Shown one piece after another: positions 39,426 to 51,570 of a stretch of DNA of 64,000 nt. The translations under genes were made by a program, and so were the position numbers. The DNA is taken from assembly GCA_951406725.2 (NCBI GenBank), contig OX597816.1:136276001-136340000 (forward strand). Reading direction: 5' to 3'. The stretch is from Octopus vulgaris (taxonomy: Eukaryota). The notes under the pieces are model-generated. The model had not been told where the DNA came from. It made no database searches and was given only the letters and a program-made list of their open reading frames with translations. Position 1 is the stretch's first letter, and every line of letters begins with the position of its first letter.

Positions 39426-41139
39426 ATCATTCATCAAATGATAAAGAGGAGCAAGTAATCATTTAATCTCTTTAAATACGCTTTACCACAAGTAATTAAC
39501 AATAAAACCAAGCGCTCGTGGATTTTCCACGAGTAACCACTTTTAAACTTATAATTATGGGAGTTAGTCTGTCAATTCTATTTGCGTCTCAACTAACTCT
39601 CTGTTCCAAGGGCAGAGAATGAGATGCAGTGTTCATGCCTTTACAATAGGCATTAACAGCTAAAAAAGAAAAACAAAACTGGCTTCCTGCCCAATAAAAA
39701 TTCCTTCTCACTTTAACTACATAAACGCTTTTCTTATGTTTGCCTTTTTTTTTTTTAATTTTAACAATTATTTTGAAGTTTATCACGTTTGCTAATAACT
39801 AAAGCCATAATTAAGTCTGTTGACAAATGATACATTTCCTGATGTTATACACTCGCAATTTTGCCCCTGATAAGAAAATAAATTTCTACATATTTATGAA
39901 TCAAAGGAATGAAACAACTAGGTCAGAAAACAGTATTCATTTGTTTGAAATAAATAAAAGCACAAAAAGGTAACAGTCTCCTACGTTTGGTTTTGTGTCG
40001 TGTAGATTACATTGAATCTATGTCACTCACAGCATTTAAGTTGAAGAAGAGACAGACAGAAAACGAATACTGTAATAAAACGAAGCTTCTGTTGTATCCG
40101 CCCAACCAATCTCGTCAAATTACAACTGTTAAATAGGTGAGATGTTTTGTTAGAAGAGGGATGGCTGGAGTGTATTCATACGGACCCCATTGGCTTCGTT
40201 ATATAGGGTGAGGTGATAGGTGAGGTTATTTTCGTTTATATTTATTTTGAAGTGTTGTCGTAGGTTAGAAACTCCGTTCACTACTGACCCGAAATTATGA
40301 TGTAGGAAGAGTAAAAAAAAAAAATACTATTTTCTTTAATTTTATATTACACTGAACCATTAAATACGAGCCAACGAGGGACTTTCTACGTGGTTGCTTG
40401 ATCTACTTACCAGCCGAATCTCACTAAAATCGCACCCTACTGTCTTGAAAGGGGCAAGTACACGTCATATGGTGTAGTCGAGGGTACAGCGAAAGAAAGG
40501 GCGAGAGGAAAGGAGAGAAGTGAGATGAATGGAATGCTTTTGATCATACTTCAGTCAATCAGCCCCAACTTGCGGCTAAACATCAACTAGCTTCAATAAT
40601 ACTGATTTTCTTGAAGTTTACTGTTCATAGACTTTTGTTTGGTTCCTAACATTAATGATTTTAAGGCCTTCTTACATCCTCTGGTTGTTTACTAGTTTTA
40701 ACAGTTATTTGTTAAAGTTTTATACATTATATGACATTCTTATCAATTGGGAAGCAACTATAAGCTCAGTATCTTGCAAACTCTTCTCAAATTACTCCAC
40801 CACAAAGCTGGAAGTGGGATTTAAAATTTAGATTTTATATATTCCTCTTAATTACTCGTTTGTTTGAACGAAGGTGTGTGGGTTAGAGTGTTGCACTCAT
40901 GATCGCAAGATTGTGGTTTCGATTCGCGGACCATGTAGTATGTTGTGTTCTTTTGTAAAACACTTCATTTCACGTTGCCCCAGTTCACTCAGCTGTAACT
41001 GAGTGACCCTGCGACTAACTGGCGTTCCGTTCAGGGTGACTGTTGTGAGCTCAGTCACTTATGCGCCGTTGAAACCGGGTAACCGTTCCTATGAGTCAGT
41101 GATATCCAGTGCTACAATGTTTTAATATACTACGGCTTA

Positions 41140-41357
41140 GAAGGCGGCGAGCTGGCAGAAGCGTTACAGCGCCAGGAAAAAATTGTTGGTGGCATTTCGT
41201 CCGTCTTTACGTTCTGAGTTCAAATTGCACCAAGGTCGACTTTGCCTTTCACCCTTCTGGGGTCGATAAAATAAGTACCAGTTGAGCACTGGGGTCGATG
41301 TAACTGACTTGCTCCCTCCCCCGAGCTTGCTGGCCTTATACCAAAATTTGAAACCAA
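41140..41357 (+). mobile_element. SINE-A
   Basis: AAGGCGGCGAGCTGGCAGAA head, B box and central domain. Confidence 0.8.
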
Positions 41358-41464
41358 TATGCTGCGGGTTAATGAGGAGACAGCTTGGAACATTGAACAT
41401 TTTACTGAATTGATTCATCATGTAAGAATCGCATCACTGTAAGATTCTTGTGATATATATAAAC

Positions 41465-41504
<40 letters not shown>

Positions 41505-41624
41505 AAGAGTAATGTATATATATATCAATACGGAGCAAATAATTCACGAGAAAATAATTGACTATTATTATCTAGTGTAACAATTTTAAAATGATAATAA
41601 CAGAATTAATAATATAGGCGATTA

Positions 41625-41849
41625 AGGCGGCGAGCTGGCAGAAATGTTAGCAGACTGGGCGAAATGCTTAGCGGTCTGCCTCTACGTTCTGAGTTCAAAT
41701 TCCACCGAGGTCGACTTTGCCTTTCTTCCTTTCGGGGGCGATAAATTAAGTACCAGTTACGTATTGGGGTCAATGTAATCGACTTAATCTCTTTGTCTAT
41801 CCTTGATTATCCTCTCTATGTTTAGCCCCTTGTGGGCAATAAAAAAAAA
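41625..41849 (+). mobile_element. SINE-A tail-B copy
   Basis: Full head; ends TTTAGCCCCTTGTGGGCAATAAAAAAAAA. Confidence 0.85.
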
Positions 41850-41899
41850 CGTTTTGGTTAGTAATTGTTATTATTATTTATTGTTATTGTTGCCATTTA

Positions 41900-44800
41900 T
41901 TGTTACATTTTGAATTTTTGTTATTGTTCTACGTTCTGTTTTAACAGACGTAGTGGACTGTTGTTCGCCTCCGTAAGGTGGGGAAAATAAATTTTGAAAA
42001 AAAATATTTTGGAAAATATTTATTTTTGTGAAAATGAATTCGGAGGACAAGGCTTCTAACACTGACCAAGCTAACCAAAGAGCAACTGTAAAACAAGACA
42101 AAATGAACGAAAATGTGAACGAAAGCCACATAAATGCAGTAAACGGAAAAAGGAACCAAGAAGGGAAAATAAATGCTGAAAACGATGAAATGAATAACGG
42201 AAAAGTAAACCCAACAGAAGACAACCAAAAGAAGATTAATTTTGCCACCGCAGTCGGCGTGAGAAAAGATAAATTGAACATAGAACTAGATTCACTGCGG
42301 CAACACAGAGGTATATTCGAAAGGGAAGGTTTTGATGTTAAATCCACGCTTCCTAACGAACTCATCGAAGAAACAAAGAGGAAAATAATAACATATAAGA
42401 CAATGATAATAAAAGACAAGAAAATAACAAGGCATCCAAAGGACAATTCGAGAAGTGTCTACAACCCATCAGGCAAAACATCGAGTTCTTGGCCAAAGCG
42501 AGAAGATACGCCACAGTAATGGTGTACTTCAAAAATGAGGAAAAGGCTATAAAACACTCGCTCCAACCGATAAAAACCAATGAAGTCATTTTATTACCAA
42601 TTTATATGGGTAGGAGAACATCCAAAATAGTTATTGAGGAAATTCCACCAGAAATAAATGCCATCTGGATTATCTCAGCTCTTCTGATGGGGCTTGAGGA
42701 TAAAATCAAGATCATCGAAGCTTCCAGAATACAACAACAGAATTGGCGGGGCCAAGGGCTATAGATCGTAATCCAAGCAGCTCCCCAGACATTAGAAGAA
42801 TTTGCTGAGAGCATTCACATCGCAGAAGAAACTACCTTGCGGGTAATGGCAGGAAACCCAGATGCTACGAATGTGGTGAAAAAGACCACATTCGGGTATA
42901 ATGCTTCACCCGCAAGGAGAAAGAAGAAGAAGAAAAAAAGAACAAAACCAAAATACCGACCAGCAGAACCCCGGCACTGATGGTGTTCAACAAACCGGGG
43001 AAAAAGACGGCTGGTCGGTAGTAAAACCCAAGAAAAAGGGAAAATAATAACGACAACCAACCCAACCCCACAACAACCAAAAGAAAAACTCAGGACACTC
43101 AAAGAAAAATGACCCCACCCCACCACTATTCCCCCAAAAGTCAACAATATCATATTTCTCCCCATCCTATTCCTCACTCGGTGATGAGTCCCCCCTTACC
43201 CTTCTAGTTCGGATTTCCCCTCTCTCCCGGACATCACCCCTCACCCGCCAAGCCCATACAATCTGTCCCCGATATCAAGTCCAAGAAAATCTAACGAATA
43301 TAAGGAAATACTGACTGCAATAAACAATGATAACGAACAATAAAAAAAAAAGGTTAAAGCAAATACCAACGGAGTTAATTTACAAACATCACCATAAAAC
43401 TCCAGAAAATATTGCCATTTATAAAATAGATAAAATGAATTATAGCATCTTAAAAAAAACTACCACCCAACTGACATGGGTCCTCCAAGACTTGACTTTA
43501 ACAAGTCGATGTACGAGGACCTATGTCAGAATATTACCCCACGAATAAGTGAAAAAGAAAGTACCACTGACTAAGGTAAGTCCATGTCAAGCATTCACGT
43601 CGGGTGTATAAATGTGCGTGGCCTGACGTCTAGTTGGAAGCAAGGACGCCTCCTAAATGACGTCAGGTCACGGGATTTAGATGTTGCTACAGAAACCCGG
43701 TTGAAGGGGCCAAGAGATCTGCTACCTCTGTTTGACGGTTACGAAAGTTTCATCTCTCCGTGCTATCCCCATAGCGGGAGTGGGGTGTTGGTCCTATTAA
43801 AAAGAAACCGCGTTTCTGGGAAAAGGTTGATTTTTGCAGATACAGAAGGTAGGCTGGTCGTCATTGACTTGACGTTCAGCCGTTGTAAGACTATCAGACT
43901 GGTTGCAATTTATGTGCCTCAAGATACGGGGCAAAGTGAGTATTATCAGAACCTAGAGAAGTTTCATGGTACATCACATCCCTTAGTTGTGCTAGGAGAC
44001 TATAACACAACATGCAATGCACGCGTAGATTATATTGGCTCATGTGTTAATAGGAGAAGTAATGCTTGCTTCCAGGATCTACTAAGACATTTTGAGCTGG
44101 TAGATCCATACAGACTGGAATTTCCGAAGGTTCCATTGTGGACATGGGCAAATAGCGATGGACCTTCCAGGTCTTATCTAGATAGAGTATTAATTAGAAA
44201 AGTAGGTAAGAAGATAGCTAGGTGTCCACAGTTTCACATGGTCAGCTACAGTAATCACAAGATGGTCATCTGTAAACTCGACATAGATAAGTTATATAGA
44301 GGTCCCGGCTACTGGAAACTTAACACGTCTCTTTTGGCGATTAAAGAGTATATAGACGAACCTGAGGAGATGTGTGAGGTCTTTTAGGACCACTTCGCCC
44401 AGCTTTTCGGGGGTGGGGAGGTGGGATGGAGTGTAGGAAGGACGTAACGGACTTCCTCGCCGGGCTGCTGCGCCTCTCGAGGCAGGATGCGAGGTGTAGT
44501 GAGGGACCGAACACACCTGAGGAGGTAAAAGAGGCCATGGCGGACTACGGCGCGAGTAAGGCGCCAGGGCTGGATGGTCTACCCTACGAGCTGTATAAGA
44601 GCATGCCGAACTTGTTCGGGCCCCTATTGGCGAGTGTCTACGCGAACTGGCAACAGAATGGGCTCATCCTCAGATCTGTACGCCGGGGAGTGGTGACGCT
44701 CGTCAAAAAGGACCCGAAAAAGGGGTGTCATTGATAATTTTAGGCCCATCACTCTGCTCAACGCAGAGCTGAAGATTTTGACCAAAGCGTTATCGAAAAG

Positions 44801-46690
44801 GTAGGCGTGTGTCGCGGATGGGATGGTCGGGGGGGGGCACAGACATGTGCCATCCCCGGCAGATCCATTCAGGATAATCACTATCTTATACGATACACTA
44901 TAGAGGGAATTTATAACGATTCCGGCAAGGGAGGGGCAGTGGTCCATTTAGACTAATCAAAAGCTTTTGATAGGGTTGACCATCACTACCTGTGTCCGTT
45001 CTGGCCCAGTTCGACCTGGATCTTGGCTTCCTCAGGTGGATTATTCAAATGTATGACAACATTGACTCGGTAGTTCGGGTGAACGGCTGTCTTTCTAAGT
45101 CGTTCCACGTCTAATGGTCGGTTCGTCAAGAATATCCGCTCTCCTCGCCTTTGTATGTGATGGCTCTTGAGCCATTGCTGCGAAAGCTGAGCGGCATTCC
45201 GAGACAGCCAGGTTGTGAGATGTCGGTTTCAGCCTACGCGGATGACATCACCATCATCGTGACCAAAATGACTCACCTACAGAGAGTAGGCAAGGCCATT
45301 GAGGAATACGAGACGGTAATTGAGGAGCAAAAGTTAATCGTGAAAAATAAGTCGGCTTGCAGCTCGGTACCTGGAGAGGCAAGTCGATACCTCCTGGCAG
45401 CGTCGTGGAACGTTGGACGGAGGGTCCGATTAAGTTGCTAGGGGTTTGGTTCGGACCAGACCTCTAAAGAGAGAAGAATTGGGCCGAGGTATCGAGCAGG
45501 GTGACCCACATTGCCAAGACCTGGTCTTGGCGGTGGCTTTTCCTGAAAGGGAAGGCGGAGGTGGCCAATGTATTTATCGCATCGGTCATCACATACCGCC
45601 TAACCGTCGTGCCTTGTCCTGATTCATGGTTGATCAAGCTGGAAAGACAGCTCTTGCACTTCTTGTGGCAGGTCTTGCAAGACGCTCTGTTTGCTGTTAA
45701 AGGGTGGGCTAGGGATGCATTGGCTATTGATGCGCTGATGCTGAGGCACCTGTGGCTCTACGTGGATGGTGAACGAGTGTGGTTTTCGCTGGCGAAACAG
45801 ATGTTTCCCAGGTTCACTAGTTTCGGTGGACGGGAAACCTGTTTCAATCGTAGATTGAAGTTGGGTACATGGTATACGGAGTGTCGCAAGGCACTCCTGC
45901 TTTTCCGTCGCTTGGGCAATGCCTGTGGTAGTGGTTCCACCGCTGTCTTTTATAGAGGGTTTGTAGAGGCGGAATGCGATGATACATTGGGGGGAACCCT
46001 AGGTTTTGACGATAATCAGCTGGCCAGTCTGTTCCAACGTACATTCGGGCCGAAGACCCTGGATAATTTTCAGAAGTCTTTGGCATGGCAGTGTTACCGT
46101 GGAGCCTTACCTGTCCGGTGGCCGAGACACTCCGATCTGTCCAAGATGTGGGCGGGACAAAGAAACTGCCCCGCACGCTATTGTTCAGTGCCCGGATGTG
46201 TCTGACGTGTGGGTTTATGCCGAACAACTATAGTGAAAATTAACCCACCGGATTTCTTAACGAAAGAAAGAATTGTTTTCTCTCTGCAGTATGGAGGACA
46301 AGAATGAAAGGAATAAGGTCAGACACCTTCATCTCTGGCCCTAATCTGGTGAATTTTTTCATCTTCCACCTAAAAAGGCAAATAGGGCTGGAGAGATGTT
46401 TGACTGAAGATATGTTTGGAAAAAGATGGAAGAATGTCGCACGAATATTGGGCATGAAAGGCTCCGCGTTAATGCGATATGGTTTTAAAACCCAGGTCAG
46501 TGGTAAGGCGGGGTTCGTGAGGTCCATTGTAAACCCACCTCCACGCCATCTGTTGTGTCTTATTGTGTCCTATGATCATCTGTATTATATATAATGTATT
46601 TAGAATGGACCCCAATCGCATTTCATGTAAAATCATTCTATTTCATTGTGCAGTCCCTTCTATGTATGTCCTTATGGGTAATAAAAAAAT
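41900..46690 (+). mobile_element. Near full-length Tx1/L1-like non-LTR retrotransposon (disrupted, with an internal deletion near 44350)
   Basis: ORF1 42028 to about 43100; ORF2 from 43584 with GCINVRGL, ATETR, VLGDYN, SYLDRVL, YWKLN, KAPGLDGLPYELY, SAYADDI, CPRC..ETAPHAIVQC; 3' end GGGTAATAAAAAAA. Confidence 0.92.
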
Positions 46691-46693
46691 TAA

Positions 46694-46895
46694 GAGACGT
46701 TAGCACGCCGGGCGGAATGCTTAGCGGTATTTCGTCTGTCTTTACGTTCTGAGTTCAAATTCCGCCGAGGTCGACTTTGCCTTTCATCCTTTCGGGGTCG
46801 ATAAATTAAGTAGGAGCTGTGTATTGGGGTCGATTTAATCGACTAGCCCCCTCCCTCAAAATTTCGACTCGTGTGCCTAGAGTAGAAAAGAATAA
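46694..46895 (+). mobile_element. 5'-truncated SINE-A joined directly to the Tx1 3' end
   Basis: Begins GAGACGTTAGCACGCCGGGC, about nt 17 of the SINE head. Confidence 0.8.
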
Positions 46896-47076
46896 TATAG
46901 GTGATTGCAGCCCCCCCCCCCCCAAACCATCAAATAGCTGGAGGATTAAAATTAATCAAAGGACATATTAAGCATGTCTACCTGCTAGAAATAACTGTCA
47001 AAAATCTTATTTAAATCGTCAAAATACACTGATAATAACTACAGAAATCAACCGTCCGAAGGCAAACAGGCTAAGA

Positions 47077-47301
47077 CAGGGGTGGGCAAACTTTTTTGAT
47101 CGCGGGCCGCACAGTGCGTCTTTGGAACCTTGGCGGGCCTCATTTATAAAAATCAAGTGAAAATATTTTTAAAGGCGGTTATAGACCTATAAACACACAA
47201 TTGATTGAAAGGAAATTTTGTGAAATATTCCTCTCGGCGGGCCGCATGAAAACCTCGGGCGGGCCGCATGCGGCCCGCGGGCCGTAGTTTGCCCACCCCT
47301 G
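47077..47301. mobile_element. hAT (Charlie-like) MITE
   Basis: CAGGGGTGGGCAAAC...GTTTGCCCACCCCTG TIRs; perfect 8-bp TSD GGCTAAGA; GCGGGCCG subterminal repeats. Confidence 0.93.
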
Positions 47302-47666
47302 GGCTAAGACAATCTTTCAGCATACATTCAAGTATTTGGATTCACGTGGACCGGTTTCTTCGTATTGAAATTATTTTCACACTGGTAGCTGCCATGATCC
47401 GGCGCAAAACGAATCAGCTGCAGCGCAGACTTCAACGTGATGGGTTGGGGCTTTCCATCATGGTAACGCGTGCTGAGGAAGGTGAGGCTATTATGCCAGT
47501 CCTTTTTTCTGTTACAGGAGTGTATATCCCCTGATAGATTATTTTCTGTAGTCAATATACAGTGGTCCACAAAGGTAGTACTGGGGGTCCGTGAGCTAAA
47601 TTCACAATTTCATGTATGTATGTATGTATGTATGTATGTATGTATGTATGTATGTATATATATATA

Positions 47667-47710
<44 letters not shown>

Positions 47711-47874
47711 GATTATTAAATGGGGTTCGTGGGGAAAACTCATGGAAATACTTCCTTCCCACCTCATTTTCTCGCAAATCATTTTTTTTAAATGTTGCCC
47801 CCCCCCCCCCGCCCCATTAATCCCCCACACTTTCTTAAGTTTTCAATTTTTTCCGTAACCCTAACCCTAACTCT

Positions 47875-48810
47875 TGTAGAACGATTGTACGAAGGAGAGG
47901 TGACGAATGAATGGCTCCTTTAATACACCGCACAGTCGCTTACAATAAAAGCAAAGTGGATAAATGAGTATGAGTGCCAGAAGGAAAGGAAAGACGACAC
48001 AACCGAAAAATGTTTAAGAGAAAGTTTTATTTAGGTGTTAGCAGAGTGTGTCTGTGTGCGACACAAGTACATATATGATAACAACAATAATAGACAAGCC
48101 GTCATGCATACATAAAGTGTATGTGTGTACAAACAAGGGTGTATGCGTGTGAGATAAAATACAGAGAATAGAAAGAGACTATAACAGGACACTAGAAGTT
48201 CAGACACAATGAAGATAAATACCAGTTCGTAATAAGGTACACAATAGTTGAAGTCTGTAACAAGAAGTTGTGGCTACAATGCAGAGCCGGTTGAAGCACG
48301 TGTCGTGTAAGCGGTTGTGGCTACAATACAGAGCCGGTTACTTGATACAGGAAGATCTCGCAGGTAGTATTTGTTGTTAACCACGGTGAAGCGATTCACA
48401 AACAGTAAGGAGTTAAACCTGAGTGATGGTTGCTGTGTACATAGAGATGGTGTTAGCGACGTTAAGATGAATGCAACAGAGATGGAGGTCCTGAATGCTG
48501 CTGGTGTTTGTCGCTGGAACTGGCTGTGTGCTCTGTGGTCAGTGGTTAGACCTTAGACGGTAAAGAACCAAAGACGAAATACGATGAATCGCTGAAGTTT
48601 TATAGCAAATTATCGGCTCAAACGAAGCTTTAGAAAAACTGTGTCACGGGACCTTATCAGAAGGTTGCGATTGGTTGGGTTGCATATTGGCGCGTAATAG
48701 AGCAAGAGACAAATTGCGCCAATACCAACCAATCAGAGTAGTGGACACAACAGGGTCCAAACCGCTGAAGGCTAGCTGTTATCTGCTACGTCCGTATTTA
48801 TGTTATATAT

Positions 48811-48849
<39 letters not shown>

Positions 48850-48868
48850 TCACAAAGCGTCCGCTACA
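47875..48868 (-). mobile_element. Solo LTR (Gypsy/Ty3-like)
   Basis: TGTAG...CTACA termini and 4-bp TSD CTCT; minus-strand TATA-like CTATAAAA (about 48600) and AATAAA (about 48030); inserted into a CCCTAA tract. Confidence 0.85.
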
Positions 48869-51267
48869 CTCTAAAACCCCAACCCTAACCCTATCCTAAA
48901 CCTAAAACCGTAACCCTAACCTAAACCCTAAGTAGAAAAATGTTTGGAAATTTGTTTCAGAATCATAATCTCCGTATTTTTCTGCATATTTTGAAAAAAA
49001 TAAAATTCTTAAAAAAGTTAAAAATGAATTTTTTTTTTTTTTTTTTTTGGTGGGGGTGTTATTTCAAAATGCCGATGTTTGCCATTTTTTTATTGCAGAT
49101 TCGTATTCTCCGTCGCCGAAAACGGGGGTTTGTGTAGAAAAAAAAAAATTAAATAAAAAAAAGGGTTGTTTGTGGGGTGGGTACAAAAGGAAGTCTTACC
49201 TAACACATTTAATAGTAAAAAGGTTGGAAACCATACACAATATACGGCCTGTTGACAAATACGCTTATGAGTGTTATAGCGGTTATTAAATAGCTGAAGG
49301 AACTTTAAAAATTTCACTAAAGAGATAATCATTCAGAAATTGTTGTTTCTCGGCTAGTAAAATTAGAATTGAGCCATCAGTTTTGATAGGTTAGGTAAAA
49401 AAAAAAAACTTCATTTAGTTTCCTAACTGTCGTAAACTAAATTTATATCAAGTTCTGACATTGTAACAACCGGTTGTTGACAAATCATGGTCCTCGCTAC
49501 ATCTTATGTAGCAGTCATTTATATACGTTCTGGTCTAGATAATCTTCAACGAACCAAAACTTGATTCATACAATATGGAAATAGGGTCAGCCCATCTACA
49601 TTGGCATTTCTTTTATTTTTTTCTAGTCTTAAGTTGTTTTACTTTTCGTTTGTTTTTCTTTTTCTGTGTTTTCTTCATATGAAGAGAACATTTTCAATAG
49701 TTTCCTTTCCTGTTTGTCAAGCAGACTTGTGTTAGTGGTGGTTATTAATATAAAACTTTTAACATTTGATATCGTTTTATTACTCACCTCCTAAGTTTCA
49801 AATTGTTCTCTCATCGGTAATAATACATTAGTGCACACTTTTTTTTAATAATGTGTACACGTCTTTAATAAATGTTAGTATTATTTTTTTATTTGTAATA
49901 CTTATATAAACACTGTTTAACGTATTTGGGGTTAACAAGAGAATTTACAGGCTGCATTCAAATCTGGGAAAAATGTTTACGTGGCTTATGTAAAGTTAAA
50001 AGGACATGGGAAAATGTAGATTATCTGTTTTGCACTTATAGAAAAGATGAAAAGCGTTTGTTTCACAAAAAGTAGACTCAGAAGATATTTATTGCTTTTA
50101 TTTATTTTCTTTTTGAGCTTGTTTATTATTATATCGGCTCCAATGTGTTTTATTATAGACAGGGAATACATTTTCTGAGCACGGCCGTAATCATAGAAAT
50201 GTATTATAAGGTCTAGAATAATTATGTTAGATAAGCAGTAGTGGTTTGTAAGAACCATTAAAGCGAACATCTATGAATAATTGAACAGAATATTTATATT
50301 TTAATCCAATGAAATAATAAATTTATTTCCCATATAAGAAATTTCACAAATGTCGTAGGTGTTGTGAAAGATGTGAAAAAAGTCAATACATTTATCTTTA
50401 AAGGTTGAAGACAAGTGTTGAATTCAAGGTGATCATTTCTACGTATTTTTCTAAACGGGTTTGACGCTCATGTAGAAGTATTTCATTAATAAGAACTTTG
50501 AAAACATAGACATTGAGAAAAATAAAGCACTTTGAAGTAATTTTACATTCCAGAGAATTTTCTAAAAACATTCTAACAAAATTTTATGGCATTTATTCAG
50601 TTTCGTAAAGTTTAATTCTGCGTTTTGAAAATTATTCTCACGAGAAAACCACAAAACTAGTTTCGATTTATTTTTAAATATTTGTATTTTGAACGGGAAA
50701 AACTAAGCTTTTCTTTGGTTGCTTGAACAAGTTATACTTACAAATTAAACATAGAACAAAAAAATTTCACTTGTAGTACTTTACTTCTTACTATCGAGCA
50801 ATTAAATAATTAACCACCATTGAATTGTGTGGGTTTCTTTTTTTGTTTCTTTTTCTGAAGGATGACAGGATGGGAAAAAAATGCAGAATATTTAAAATAC
50901 GGTTCGACAATGAAACAAAAGATTGACAAACGCTGAAAATCTGCTTTCTTTTTTCTTTATTTTCCTTTAGAAAATGCAAACGCCTGCTGCATGTGTGACT
51001 TTTCCTCACATTTTCTTTTACTAGTTTAAGCCATTGGATTGCAGTCATGCAGGGACACTGCCTTCAAGGCATATCAACTCCTGACTTCTTTTTGTCGGAC
51101 CACCATGTCATAAGACGTTGACCACCATATACATAAATATGTTAATATTGGTTTCAAATTATATAAGAAAAAAACAACCAATATTAATGGGGGTTTTGTG
51201 TTATAATAAAAAAATTACATTAAAATTGGAGGATTACTCAATACATTTAGTAGAGTACAACTATACC

Positions 51268-51369
51268 ATTCTTTAGCATGAAGAGTATTGATTGTGACTT
51301 CAAAGTTTCGGCCAGATAAGCCATCATCGGACTTCGAAGTCACTGTCAATACCATTCTTGTTAAAGAAT
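51268..51369 (-). ncRNA. About 100-nt hairpin with a hammerhead-like core at its apex
   Basis: Minus strand GTATTGACAGTGACTTCGAAGT CCGATGA t GGC ttatctg GCC GAAA CTTTGAAGTC ACAATCAATAC. Confidence 0.45.
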
Positions 51370-51570
51370 AATATATATACATATAATCCTTTACTTGTTT
51401 CAGTCATTGGACTACGGCCTTGCTGGGACATCGCCCTGAATGATTTAGTTGAGCGAATCGCTCCCAGTACTCACTGAAATTTATTCTATCGGTCTCTTTT
51501 GCCGGCCCACTAAGTTACGGGAGGTAAACAAACCAACACCGGTTGGTGGGGGAGGGGCAAACACAGACAC

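Noticed and set aside
41625-41710. SINE heads as true tRNA genes
   Set aside because: A and B boxes are present, but no clean cloverleaf was seen and the heads run into SINE body and tail sequence
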